Shown: positions 9,075 through 19,051 of the stretch, in pieces
Numbering within the stretch: the first letter of the stretch is position 1
How the letters are laid out: every line of letters starts with the position of its first letter
NCBI GenBank assembly: GCA_028688055.1
Contig: JAQTYZ010000004.1
Coordinates: 99,021-150,580, forward strand
Reading direction: 5' to 3'
DNA: 51,560 bases
Origin: Patescibacteria group bacterium
GTDB taxonomy: Bacteria > Patescibacteriota > Patescibacteriia > Buchananbacterales > UBA6539
Made by a program: the position numbers and the translations under genes
Notes under the pieces: model-generated
The model's database searches: none
What the model saw: only the letters and a program-made list of their open reading frames with translations
What the model was told of the DNA's origin: nothing

Positions 9075-10814
9075 ATGAAACTACTCATCATTTACCTCAA
9101 AAAATACAAGGGCACCTTAGCTGGTGCTCTGGTTTTGGCAACCATTAATCAGCTTTTTTCGTTGCTTGACCCGCAAATATTTCGTTTAATTATTGATAAC
9201 TACGCAACTAAAACTGACCAGCTTGGCCACAATGAATTCGTCATTGGTGTGTTTCTGCTACTATTGGCATCAGTTGGTGCCGCCTTAGTGTCGCGGATTG
9301 CGAAAAGCTTTCAAGACTACTTTGTTAATGCGATCACGCAAAAAGTTGGCACTAGCTTATACGCCGACATGCTTAAGCACGCCTTCGCGTTACCCTACTA
9401 TGTTTTTGAAGATCAGCGCTCCGGTGAACTGCTCCAAAAAGCTGACAAAGCCAGAACTGATTCACAAATTTTTATCGCCAGTGTTATTAACATTGTTTTT
9501 CTGGCGCTGATTGGGATGGTGGTCGTTATCAGTTACGCCTTTTTTGTTCATTGGTTAATTGGCCTACTTTATATCTCAATGATACCGTTATTAAGCTTAA
9601 CAACTTTTTTTATCAGTCGAAAAATCAAAGCGGCTCAAAAAATAATCGTGTCAAGATCAACCAGTCTGGCTGGATCAATTACCGAGACTTTAAGAAATGT
9701 TGAAATGGTCAAAAGTTTAGGTCTTGAGGATCAGGAAACCAAAAGATTAAACGATGTTAATCAGGATATTTTAGAATTAGAATTAAAAAAAATTACCCTC
9801 ATTAGAACGCTGAGTTTTATCCAGGGAACATTGGTTAATGCCACCCGGTCTTTGTTATTACTTTTGATGCTCTGGCTAATTTTCCAACATCAAATGTCCT
9901 TGGGACAATTTTTTACCTTGATGTTTTATTCGTTTGCCATTTTCAGCCCGCTTTATGAACTAGGCACCGTGGCGGCTCAATACCAGGAAGCTCAAGCCAG
10001 CTTAGGCGTGGCACAACAAATTTTTAGCCAAAAGCCCGAGCCACGAGCTGTTAATCCCGAAAAAATTAACGGCTTAAAATCAATTCAGTTTAAAAATGTT
10101 AACTTCGGCTATACCAATAGTGACAGACTGGCCCTCGAAAATATTAATTTTGAAATTAGCAACGGTCAAACCGCCGCCTTTGTTGGCATGTCTGGTTCCG
10201 GCAAATCAACAATTATTAAACTACTAGTTGGTCTTTATCAAGCCCAAGTTGGTCGGGTTGAGGTAAACAACATTGATTCAAAAAAAATCGATCTTGATAA
10301 TTGGCGGCGGCGGCTTGGTTATGTCTCCCAAGATACCCAGCTGTTTGCCGGAACCATTGCCGCCAATTTAAAATTTGTTAGACCCAACGCCACTGATGAG
10401 GAATGCTATTTAGCCCTGGAACAAGCGTCAGTCAAAAATATTATTGAACGCGGCGAGCTTGGCTTGAACACCAGAATTGGCGAAGGCGGATTAAAATTAT
10501 CCGGCGGCGAGCGCCAAAGACTTGCCATCGCGCGAGCCCTATTACGACAGCCGCAACTAATTATTTTTGATGAAGCAACTTCTAACCTGGATTCTCTTAC
10601 CGAAAAATCAATCACCAATACCATTCAAGGGATCAACCAAACTAACCCCAACCTCATGATGATTTTGGTTGCTCACCGATTATCCACGCTGGCCCATGCT
10701 GATATAATCTATGTTTTAGAAAAAGGCAAAATTGTTGAGCAAGGTAATCATCAAGACTTATTAAATAAGCCTTCGCTCTATGCGGCGATGTGGCGTGAAC
10801 AGCAAGCTATTTAA
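9075..10814 (+). CDS. ABC transporter, fused permease and ATPase (exporter type)
   Basis: N-terminal TM helices; GMSGSGKS, LSGGERQR, IIFDEATS, AHRL. Confidence 0.93.
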   Translation: MKLLIIYLKKYKGTLAGALVLATINQLFSLLDPQIFRLIIDNYATKTDQLGHNEFVIGVFLLLLASVGAALVSRIAKSFQDYFVNAITQKVGTSLYADMLKHAFALPYYVFEDQRSGELLQKADKARTDSQIFIASVINIVFLALIGMVVVISYAFFVHWLIGLLYISMIPLLSLTTFFISRKIKAAQKIIVSRSTSLAGSITETLRNVEMVKSLGLEDQETKRLNDVNQDILELELKKITLIRTLSFIQGTLVNATRSLLLLLMLWLIFQHQMSLGQFFTLMFYSFAIFSPLYELGTVAAQYQEAQASLGVAQQIFSQKPEPRAVNPEKINGLKSIQFKNVNFGYTNSDRLALENINFEISNGQTAAFVGMSGSGKSTIIKLLVGLYQAQVGRVEVNNIDSKKIDLDNWRRRLGYVSQDTQLFAGTIAANLKFVRPNATDEECYLALEQASVKNIIERGELGLNTRIGEGGLKLSGGERQRLAIARALLRQPQLIIFDEATSNLDSLTEKSITNTIQGINQTNPNLMMILVAHRLSTLAHADIIYVLEKGKIVEQGNHQDLLNKPSLYAAMWREQQAI

Positions 10815-10818
10815 ACTT

Positions 10819-11370
10819 ATGCCAAATGAGCTAGAAAATAAAAAAGAGGTAGCTGTGTTCGGTGGCGGTTGTTTTTGGTGTACTGAAGCCATTTTTCAAA
10901 TGCTTCAGGGCGTGCGATCAGTAAAATCAGGCTATGCCGGCGGTACTAAGCCAAATCCAACTTATGAAGATGTCTGTACGGACAGCGACGGTCACGCGGA
11001 AGTTGTTAAAATTGAGTTTAATCCAGCCATCATTAAATTCCGCGATTTACTTGAAATTTTTTTTGCCACACACAATCCCACCACCTTGAACCAACAAGGC
11101 AATGACCACGGCGGACAATACCGCTCAATCATTTTATACGCGACGCCCGAACAAAAAACCGAAGCCGAAAATTACATTGAACTTTTAACTTTACAAAATG
11201 AATTCGACAAACCAATTGTTACCGAGCTTAAACCCCTGAACGAATTTTATGAAGCGGAAAATTATCACCAAAACTACTACCACAATAATGAGAGCAAACC
11301 CTACTGCCAAATCATTATCAGTCCAAAGTTGGCAAAATTTAAAGCGCATCATCCCAAATTAATCAATTAA
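10819..11370 (+). CDS. msrA: Peptide-methionine (S)-S-oxide reductase
   Basis: GGGCFWCTE, GYAGG, H.E, QYRS, AENYHQNYY; start set at 10819. Confidence 0.95.
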   Translation: MPNELENKKEVAVFGGGCFWCTEAIFQMLQGVRSVKSGYAGGTKPNPTYEDVCTDSDGHAEVVKIEFNPAIIKFRDLLEIFFATHNPTTLNQQGNDHGGQYRSIILYATPEQKTEAENYIELLTLQNEFDKPIVTELKPLNEFYEAENYHQNYYHNNESKPYCQIIISPKLAKFKAHHPKLIN

Positions 11371-11373
11371 CCA

Positions 11374-12108
11374 ATGAAAGAAACTTCCGAACTTTTTAAT
11401 TATCCTGAGCTTGTGTTTGCTGTGTCGGAGAAAAAAGACGGGCCGATGAAAATTTCCGAAAAGCAAACTCGCATCATACTAAAAAACCGCGACCGGTTTT
11501 TTACCTCACTGGGACTTGATTCTGATGTGGTAATTAGCGGCGAGATTGTCCATGGCAATAATGTCGCCATTATCGGCCGCCAAAATTTACAAACGACTTT
11601 AACCAATACCGATGCCTTAGTTACTGACCAACGAGGCATTTTTTTAGCAATAACCGTGGCTGACTGCTTACCGATTTTTTTGTTTGATCCGATCAATGAA
11701 GTTGTTGCCATTGTTCACGCCGGTTGGCGGGGCTTAAAAAATAATATTATTGAAAAAACAATCGGCACCATGACCATAAAATTAAATTCAAAATCATCGG
11801 ACATTATTGCTTACATTGGCCCAGCCATTGGCAGCTGCCACTTTGAAGTTAAATCTGATTTAGAAAAAATATTTAAAACTAATTACCCCAAAGCGGTTAT
11901 TTATCGAGACGATAAAATCTTTATCAACCTCAAACTTATTGCCCGACAACAACTACTAAGCCAAAATTTAAACCAAAAAAATATTTTTGCCAGTGTTGAC
12001 TGTACCTATTGTAAAGCTGAAAAATTTTATTCCTTTCGTCGTGACAAAACTCAACCGGTTAAAACCATGGTCGCATTAATCGGATTAAAAAAAGGTGCTT
12101 CCCGCTAA
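11374..12108 (+). CDS. pgeF: PgeF/YfiH (laccase-domain) family protein
   Basis: VHG, DALVT, VADCLPI, HAGWRG, IGPAIG..HFEV, CT.C....FYSFRR. Confidence 0.88.
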   Translation: MKETSELFNYPELVFAVSEKKDGPMKISEKQTRIILKNRDRFFTSLGLDSDVVISGEIVHGNNVAIIGRQNLQTTLTNTDALVTDQRGIFLAITVADCLPIFLFDPINEVVAIVHAGWRGLKNNIIEKTIGTMTIKLNSKSSDIIAYIGPAIGSCHFEVKSDLEKIFKTNYPKAVIYRDDKIFINLKLIARQQLLSQNLNQKNIFASVDCTYCKAEKFYSFRRDKTQPVKTMVALIGLKKGASR

Positions 12109-12140
12109 GGTTGCACCCCATTTGACGTTGCCTTGTTGGC

Positions 12141-13301
12141 TTACAGCCGCCGACCGATTTCCTCGGCCATTTCTTGTGTACCAAGGATCATGTCGGGTCG
12201 GTCGGTCAGCGACGCAAGATCGACCGTTCGAAAACCATCCAATAGCGCTGTTCGAACACCTCGCTCAATCGCGGCAGCGCCAATGTTTGCCCCAATGTGC
12301 TGGAGCATCATCGCCGCGGTCAAAATTCGACCGAGGGGGTTGGCTTTATTCTGACCAGCTAATGTCGGAACCGTGCCGGCACCGCTTTCAAACATTGCCA
12401 TACCATTGTCGGGATTAACCGCCGACGAACACATCATACCCATACTCCCGAGAGCGGCAGCGGCGCCATCGGACAGAATGTCACCATGTTCGTTGCCGCA
12501 AACAATAACTCCATGCAACGCCGCTGGTGTAAATAATAACGAGTTCGCTGAGTCAACCAATTGATGTCGTAGTTCGACATCGGGAAATTCCGATCTGCCA
12601 ATGGCAGTGACAACATCGCGCCAAAACTTATACCGCGCCATGATATTGGCCTTATCAATCGAAATCACAGGCAAACCTTTGGCTCGGGCATAGGCAAACG
12701 CGGCGCGGAAATATTTCACCAGCGTTTCCCGGCGATAATAGGCCAACTCGGACACTATTTCTTCCAAGCCAGTTACTTCCGCCTTACATTTAAGGCCGAG
12801 TTGACCGCTGGCGACCGTGCCAATATTACCCCTTAAGTCAGAGGTACCGAAGTAGCTGTCTTCCAGCAAAAAACGAACAAAATGCTGCTCAATACCGCAA
12901 GCCGGTATCTTGTCAGCCTTGACATTTGCCAAGTGCGACAACGCTGGGTGATAAATCATTGGCCGAAAATTCATCAGCAATTGCCATTGTTTTCGGATTC
13001 CCATCAGCACTCTGGTTTCCGGACGCATGTTCGGCTTTTGGACACCAATAGTACTGTCAAATTGCGGGTCGCCGACACCACCAAAAAACAACAGACCCGC
13101 CTCAGTGGCTTCTGCCAACGAAGAACTCGGAAAGGTGTCACCATAAGCGTCATAGGCGTTCCATCCCATCGGCGTATCGGTAAACCTCAGATCAACAGCA
13201 TCCAGCTTGGCAGCGTCAATGGCAATCTCGACTGCCGCCGCCATCATTTCCGGTGCCGCACCGTCGCCTCGCACTAAAGCGACTTTGACCGTCCTATTCA
13301 T
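12141..13301 (-). CDS. 3-isopropylmalate dehydrogenase-like beta-decarboxylating dehydrogenase
   Basis: GDG.APE, RPE, NFRP, DKAN, GDILSD.AA, ANP; GGAGG SD before ATG at 13301; visibly GC-richer than its neighbours. Confidence 0.82.
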   Translation of the reverse strand: MNRTVKVALVRGDGAAPEMMAAAVEIAIDAAKLDAVDLRFTDTPMGWNAYDAYGDTFPSSSLAEATEAGLLFFGGVGDPQFDSTIGVQKPNMRPETRVLMGIRKQWQLLMNFRPMIYHPALSHLANVKADKIPACGIEQHFVRFLLEDSYFGTSDLRGNIGTVASGQLGLKCKAEVTGLEEIVSELAYYRRETLVKYFRAAFAYARAKGLPVISIDKANIMARYKFWRDVVTAIGRSEFPDVELRHQLVDSANSLLFTPAALHGVIVCGNEHGDILSDGAAAALGSMGMMCSSAVNPDNGMAMFESGAGTVPTLAGQNKANPLGRILTAAMMLQHIGANIGAAAIERGVRTALLDGFRTVDLASLTDRPDMILGTQEMAEEIGRRL

Positions 13302-13477
13302 AACCAGGTTCCTCCACTTGCCTCGGTTAGATAATATCAACGCCACCTTATAATAATAAGTCCCCCGCGTCAACTGAGTGCCTGATTGATATTTTTTTGC
13401 TATAATAGGATATAATCAATCAATTAAAATTTTCCCTCGAAGTTATTTGAGGGTATTGATTCTCAATTCCGGCGGTG

Positions 13478-13606
13478 ATGTCTGGTTTTATCGCGGTCAG
13501 TATCACACCAGAAGCGCCAGTAATTATGGCGTCATTGACAATTTTTGCGGCTTGGGCATTTTTTACAATATTCTACCATCCCCAAAATAAAAAAGAACTA
13601 ATTTAA
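13478..13606 (+). CDS. Possible 42-aa hydrophobic small protein
   Basis: MSGFIAVSITPEAPVIMASLTIFAAWAFFTIFYHPQNKKELI*, between TGCTATAAT (about 13398-13406) and hpf; below the ORF-track cutoff. Confidence 0.3.
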   Translation: MSGFIAVSITPEAPVIMASLTIFAAWAFFTIFYHPQNKKELI

Positions 13607-13621
13607 TAAAATAATAAAAAT

Positions 13622-13954
13622 ATGAAAACAATCATCAAGGGAATTAAAACTAAAGTTACACCAGAAATTGAGTCATATATCGAAAAAAAGATCACCGAGC
13701 TGGAAAAATTTGTCTCACGCTTTGGCGACATTACCGTTTTTATTGAAATCGGCCAGTCCACTTTTCATCACAAGCATGGTGATATATTTTTTGCCAAAGC
13801 TGACGTCAAACTACCAAAAAAAACCATTCACGCTGAAGCTGAAATGAATGACTTATTTTCCGCCATTGATAAAATTAAGGATGAATTAAAAATTGAACTA
13901 AGGAAATATAAAGATAAGGCGGTATCAGAAATCTATCGCCAGACCAAGGGATAA
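13622..13954 (+). CDS. raiA: Ribosome hibernation factor HPF/RaiA (short form)
   Basis: TPEIESYIEKKI..L, HHKHGDIF, DLFSAID...DEL...LRKYK. Confidence 0.88.
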   Translation: MKTIIKGIKTKVTPEIESYIEKKITELEKFVSRFGDITVFIEIGQSTFHHKHGDIFFAKADVKLPKKTIHAEAEMNDLFSAIDKIKDELKIELRKYKDKAVSEIYRQTKG

Positions 13955-13973
13955 CCTTACAATCAAAAACATC

Positions 13974-13999
13974 AAAAATCGCTTTCACAGCGATTTTTT
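13974..13999 (+). terminator. Intrinsic terminator
   Basis: AAAAATCGCT-ttcac-AGCGATTTTTT. Confidence 0.75.
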
Positions 14000-14068
14000 C
14001 ATTGCAAAATAAAAATAGGGGGCTGGACATTTTATGTCGAAGTGCTAAAATGACTTTTATCATTTTTT

Positions 14069-15637
14069 ATGACTACCACCAATAATTTTGAGCCGAGCTC
14101 ACTAAAAAGCTCGACTCCGCTAATTGAGGAAAAAATCCAAACGCTACGTGAGAAGGTTTTGGAAAAGAAACCAGTTCTCAAATACATTGTAACCAAACAT
14201 GGTCAAAAAGTTCTTTATGACTATGCTAAAGAATACATTGAAGTTAACATTAATCCTCCGATTCAGCGGCGACAGGACGATTTAATCACAACTATTCAAA
14301 AAAGTGTCAGTGGTCGACTAGGAGAAGACATTGGACAAAGCGTAGCTAAGCAGCTTAAAAAATATTATTTCGTGTCAACCACTGATCACCATGGTCCAAT
14401 CTGCCATCCTTTTTTTCTTAATGGTAATTTAATTTCATCAGCGACTTACTTAGAAAATCTCGACCCAACTTTATCAAATGTCATCGTCTTAGCTTGTGCT
14501 AATATTTCGCTAAATAACTCGTCATTCCCCCGTGGTCTGTTATTCCATAGTAGTATTGGTAACCAGCAGGAAATGAAGCGTATATCATTTTCGCCAGCCA
14601 GCGATCGACTCTGTCCAGTCTATGGCTATCGACCTTATACAACCAATGATACTAGCCGCATTAAAACCGAACTTAAAAAATTATCTCGCGAAAATAAAAT
14701 AACTGAACGAGAGGAACAAAAAATTACTGAAATTATTAGCTCAATATATGAATCACAGCAAGTGATGGCATCAACTTCGTATTCAGAACAGTTAACGAAA
14801 ACAAATTTTGAGTTATGGGATAAATTCTTTACCCCTAATCACATTAAAGCCCCGAATTTAATATACATTGATCAAGAAAGCATTGTTGCGGAACTCATTA
14901 TTTCCTACCATTTAAATCAAGATACGATAATTAATCAATTTCTATTTAATCCAAAAATTGAGCCGCTGATCCACCAGTACTTTGACGGCATAACGGGAGC
15001 TTTTTCTCTCGAGTCTGAAAGCGGAACTTACTTTTTTTGGGCCTTACCAAAAGGGAAAAAATATCGACAACAACTCTGGAAACGCGGTACTAAATTAGTA
15101 ACTGCCGACGGTTTATTTTCTGTTGATCTGACTCCCCAAGGGATTGCCGAAGGATTAATTTCAAAACAATTGATTCCAAGTATGTTATTAACATTTATTA
15201 TTTTAGCATTTTACTATGGGCTAAAATGTTTGGGCGGTTTCAGCCAAGTTAACTATCTGACTTTCATGAAACAATCTTATATAAAAATGCTCACCGATTT
15301 TGAGTACTACAAAAGCATCGAGGTCTGCGCCCGATCGCAGACCAAAGAGCTTTGTGGCGAAGTGACCCTGGCCTTTATCAAGGACCACGCTGACAGATTA
15401 ATGCCAGCAACCGGACTTGACTTAATTTTACATGGCAACGATCTGACCTGGAAACAATTTGTCGAGCTAACAAAAAATATTACGGTCAGCGAAGCACTTA
15501 ATCCTCTGATGTCTGAATTTTATAAAATTATTTATCCTGAGATCAGCCGTGACCCAGAACTTGCTTCGATTACTCCTGAACAAATAACTGAATTGACTGG
15601 CTTAAGCAAAAAAATTAAGCCCTGCGCTTCGTTATAA
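14069..15637 (+). CDS. Hypothetical 522-aa protein, possibly a divergent BshC-fold ligase
   Basis: Long ORF with native composition; motif spacing resembles BshC (see findings). Confidence 0.8.
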   Translation: MTTTNNFEPSSLKSSTPLIEEKIQTLREKVLEKKPVLKYIVTKHGQKVLYDYAKEYIEVNINPPIQRRQDDLITTIQKSVSGRLGEDIGQSVAKQLKKYYFVSTTDHHGPICHPFFLNGNLISSATYLENLDPTLSNVIVLACANISLNNSSFPRGLLFHSSIGNQQEMKRISFSPASDRLCPVYGYRPYTTNDTSRIKTELKKLSRENKITEREEQKITEIISSIYESQQVMASTSYSEQLTKTNFELWDKFFTPNHIKAPNLIYIDQESIVAELIISYHLNQDTIINQFLFNPKIEPLIHQYFDGITGAFSLESESGTYFFWALPKGKKYRQQLWKRGTKLVTADGLFSVDLTPQGIAEGLISKQLIPSMLLTFIILAFYYGLKCLGGFSQVNYLTFMKQSYIKMLTDFEYYKSIEVCARSQTKELCGEVTLAFIKDHADRLMPATGLDLILHGNDLTWKQFVELTKNITVSEALNPLMSEFYKIIYPEISRDPELASITPEQITELTGLSKKIKPCASL

Positions 15638-15640
15638 AAT

Positions 15641-15674
15641 AAAAATCCCGCCCCTAACTGGGGGCGGGATTTTT
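15641..15674. terminator. Bidirectional terminator
   Basis: AAAAATCCCGCCCC-taactg-GGGGCGGGATTTTT between convergent genes. Confidence 0.88.
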
Positions 15675-15691
15675 AGTAATGGACGTTAATC

Positions 15692-15976
15692 TTACAAAAT
15701 GGCGTCTTTAGCTGCTTTCGCAACTCGGAATTTAACAACCGTCTTAGCTGGGATTTTAATCGTCTCGCCAGTTGCCGGGTTTCGGCCCATGCGAGCGGCT
15801 CGTGCCTTCTTAATCAACTTTCCCAAACCAGGAACGGTAAACTCACCACTTTTCTTGACTTCACTGTAAGCCAAGGAAACCATTGCGTCCAATAGGCCGG
15901 TAACTTCTTTTTTACCGACGCCAGCTTTATCCGCAAGTTCACTGATGACTTGCGATTTGGTCAAACCTTTTGCCAT
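15692..15976 (-). CDS. hup: HU family DNA-binding protein (copy 1)
   Basis: GLG, R.AR.GRNP.TGETIKIPAK.VVKF. Confidence 0.95.
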   Translation of the reverse strand: MAKGLTKSQVISELADKAGVGKKEVTGLLDAMVSLAYSEVKKSGEFTVPGLGKLIKKARAARMGRNPATGETIKIPAKTVVKFRVAKAAKDAIL

Positions 15977-16175
15977 AGAGACATTAAATTATTAATTAAT
16001 ATATAGTAAATATAGCAAATATACGCATTTTGAACAATAGAACTGGCCTTTTTTAAACAACTGTCAAGCGCTGGCAAACCATAAAAATCCGTTTTTTGGC
16101 TAAAATTAAACATAAATCTTGACATTTATAAAAATTTAGTTCATACTAGATACATTCTCTAAACACAAAAAAGCT

Positions 16176-17972
16176 ATGGAAATAAGGAATATTGCAATTA
16201 TTGCGCACGTCGATCACGGCAAGACAACCTTGACCGATGCTTTGTTGCGCCAGACCGGAATGGTGACTGACGAAAATGCGACCATGGACAGCAACGCGCT
16301 GGAAAAAGAACGAGGCATCACCATTTACTCAAAAAATACTTCCCTTTTTTATCACGATACCAAAATCAATATCGTTGACACTCCCGGTCACGCTGATTTC
16401 GGTTCTGAGGTTGAGCGAGTTTTGCGTTCAATCGACTCGGTTATTTTAGTGGTCGATGCCCAAGAAGGCCCGATGCCACAAACGCGGTTTGTTTTAAAAA
16501 AATCTTTGGAGCTTGGTTTAAAACCAATTGTCGTCCTTAATAAAATCGATAAACCAGCGGCCCGACCAGCTGAGGTTCATGAAGAAGTTTTAGAATTATT
16601 TATGGACTTAGGTGCTACTGATGAACAATTAGACTTCACAACCGTCTACGCCATTGCTCGCAACGGCATCGCCAAAAAAAATCTTACCGATAATTCCGAC
16701 AATCTTGAACCGTTACTCGATACAATTTTAGAAAAAGTAAAACCAGCAACGGCTGATGAAACCTTACCATTTCGCATGCAACCATTTAATTTAGGCTATG
16801 ATAATTATTTAGGCCGCTTAGCGATCGGACGAATTTATGACGGTACCGTCAAACCAGGCGAAAAGGTAACAATAAAAAAACCAGATGGCGAAACCCGAAC
16901 TGGCAATATCACCAAAATTTTTACCTTCGAAGGCTCAAGTAAAAAAGAAGTTACGAAAGCCGTGGCTGGTGACATTGTGATGATTGCCGGTTTACCAAAT
17001 ATTTATATCGGCGAAACAATCTGTCACAGCGTCGACCAAGAATCATTGCCGGCCATTACCATTGACGAGCCGACCATTTCCATTAATTTCTTAGTCAACA
17101 ACTCGCCCTTTGCCGGCCGCGACGGTAAGTTTGTTACCAGCCGACAAATTAAAGAACGGCTGGAACGCGAACTGGAAGTCAACGTCGGACTAAAAATTGA
17201 TTTTTCTAATTCCGACTACTATATCATTTTTGGCCGCGGCGAAATGCATATTGCCATTCTGCTCGAAAATATGCGCCGTGAAGGCTATGAATTACAGGTT
17301 TCGCAACCGAAAGTTATTATCAAAAATATTGACGGCCACAAAAATGAACCCTTTGAAGAAGTGACGATTCTAGTCCCCGAACAGCATTCCGGCTCCATTA
17401 TTGAAAATATGGCCAAACGCAAGGGTGTCATGGCTGAAATGAAACCGGAACATGGCCAAATCAAAATGATGTTTGAAATTCCGACGCGCGGACTCCTTGG
17501 TTATCGCAATCAATTTATTATTGACACCCGGGGCGACGGCATTATTTATTCTCGCGTCATCGGCTTTAAACCATTTGTCGGAGTAATCAACAAACGCTCG
17601 ACCGGATCAATGATTTCGATGGTAACAGGAGACACTTCGGGTTATTCATTATTCAATTTGCAAAATCGGGGTGAACTTTATGTCGGATCAAACGTTGAAG
17701 TTTATGAAGGTATGGTTATTGGCACCGTTTCCAAAGGTGAAGACATGGCGGTTAATCCGATTAAAGGTAAAAACTTAACTAATATGCGTTCGAGCGGCGC
17801 CGATGAAGCCATCATCTTAACGCCCCCGCTTAATGTTACCCTTGAGCGCGGATTAGAAATCATGGCCGAAGATGAATATCTGGAAATTACTCCCAAAAAT
17901 ATTCGCTTGCGAAAGCAACAGCTCTCGGAACAAGATCGAATCAGATCGTTTCGATCTAAAAAGAAAAACTAA
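16176..17972 (+). CDS. typA: Translational GTPase TypA/BipA
   Basis: [42 protein letters not shown]; TTGACA-N17-CATACT at 16119-16147. Confidence 0.96.
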   Translation: MEIRNIAIIAHVDHGKTTLTDALLRQTGMVTDENATMDSNALEKERGITIYSKNTSLFYHDTKINIVDTPGHADFGSEVERVLRSIDSVILVVDAQEGPMPQTRFVLKKSLELGLKPIVVLNKIDKPAARPAEVHEEVLELFMDLGATDEQLDFTTVYAIARNGIAKKNLTDNSDNLEPLLDTILEKVKPATADETLPFRMQPFNLGYDNYLGRLAIGRIYDGTVKPGEKVTIKKPDGETRTGNITKIFTFEGSSKKEVTKAVAGDIVMIAGLPNIYIGETICHSVDQESLPAITIDEPTISINFLVNNSPFAGRDGKFVTSRQIKERLERELEVNVGLKIDFSNSDYYIIFGRGEMHIAILLENMRREGYELQVSQPKVIIKNIDGHKNEPFEEVTILVPEQHSGSIIENMAKRKGVMAEMKPEHGQIKMMFEIPTRGLLGYRNQFIIDTRGDGIIYSRVIGFKPFVGVINKRSTGSMISMVTGDTSGYSLFNLQNRGELYVGSNVEVYEGMVIGTVSKGEDMAVNPIKGKNLTNMRSSGADEAIILTPPLNVTLERGLEIMAEDEYLEITPKNIRLRKQQLSEQDRIRSFRSKKKN

Positions 17973-18004
17973 CAAGTTTATCCTTAAATTTTTCTTAAAC
18001 TACA

Positions 18005-18032
18005 GATGGCCAGGCGCTAGCGCCTGGCCATC
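18005..18032. repeat. Perfect 28-bp palindrome between convergent genes
   Basis: GATGGCCAGGCGCT/AGCGCCTGGCCATC, with no adjacent T-run on either strand. Confidence 0.9.
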
Positions 18033-18054
18033 CTAATATAATATTCTGTAAATT

Positions 18055-18786
18055 TTATCTACTGCCGCCAAAAGGAACCAACTCCTCCAAAGGAGGATAT
18101 TCACCTACAAGTTTCTTATATTCACCTAAATTTTTCCCCGATTCTGAATGGATGACACCTGCGGCCATTTCCGTCATAACTCTTAAACGGTTTTGTTCAT
18201 CTCTTGGTAAATCCTCCCAGGCTCTAAGCTTTTCACCTCTTCCTTTTTCATATTTAACATACACATGTTCATCGTCTGGCGCTAAAATTCTAAAATCTCT
18301 ACTATCAAGACCAGACTCTGCTATTCGGTCGCTAATATCACGCAAGACATCTTGTTTCCAAGAAGGGTCAAACTTACTGTCTGGTTTTTCCATGATTCCG
18401 TGATAATTTGGTCTCATGACAGCGTCTGTTAGAACCCGATCAATTGCTTCCCTCATCTGCACTTTTTTTTCAGAGGCGCTCATAGTTTCAACAGCTGTTT
18501 TAGCTTTTTTGGTTTCATATTCTTTGCCAGCTGCTTCTCCAGCTGCTTGTGCCTCTTCCATCAATTCTTGGTGTTTTTGCTCTAACTCGGGCGGTTTCGG
18601 TAAACCTAAACTTTCCAAAGCATGAATTTTATCCCTATCGGCATGAATTTTATCCCTCGCAGGAACTTCGGCATAGGCCATTTCCGCTGCCTTGTCGTGA
18701 CTATAATCACGCGCTTCGTTTGCATTGGTTGGCGCGGTATCTTCACCTTGTTCCTCCTCCGGGTTATATGGCAATGTTTCACCCAT
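18055..18786 (-). CDS. Hypothetical charged helical protein
   Basis: Start set at MGETLPYNPEEE (18786); no motif recognised. Confidence 0.7.
   Translation of the reverse strand: MGETLPYNPEEEQGEDTAPTNANEARDYSHDKAAEMAYAEVPARDKIHADRDKIHALESLGLPKPPELEQKHQELMEEAQAAGEAAGKEYETKKAKTAVETMSASEKKVQMREAIDRVLTDAVMRPNYHGIMEKPDSKFDPSWKQDVLRDISDRIAESGLDSRDFRILAPDDEHVYVKYEKGRGEKLRAWEDLPRDEQNRLRVMTEMAAGVIHSESGKNLGEYKKLVGEYPPLEELVPFGGSR
18620..18657. repeat. In-frame tandem duplication, period 21 nt
   Basis: GCATGAATTTTATCCCT at 18620-18636 and 18641-18657, encoding RDKIHA twice. Confidence 0.9.
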
Positions 18787-19051
18787 ATGATAAAAATTAA
18801 TGAATAATTTACTTATACCTTGAAAATAAAACATAAGCACAAGTTTGTCAAGCATCCGTTCTCTTTCATGTCAAATATAATATTAGGAATTCAAATTTTA
18901 CTTTTTCCGACAACTAGCACCAACTTCAATGATAACTTCGGGACTACTGCTTAAAACATCAGCCTATTGCCGAGCATTATTATCGCTTATCCAAAAAGTT
19001 GACGCAGAAAGCTAAAAAGGTTAAAACTGATATATTAAACTAAACTGAAAA

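Noticed and set aside
13441-13477. TGA codons in frame with the 42-aa ORF, suggesting genetic code 25
   Set aside because: TGA terminates tsaD (ATGA overlap) and the last ORF, and long genes show no TGA interruption
13440-13560. Possible ZTP riboswitch (GCGGCTTGGGCA resembles the 3' motif)
   Set aside because: The 5' aptamer consensus is absent and hpf is not a purine or folate gene
18880-18990. Protein-like minus-strand reading (ARQ*ADVLSSSPEVIIEVGASCRKK*)
   Set aside because: Short, with an internal stop and no start or recognisable family; at most a decayed fragment
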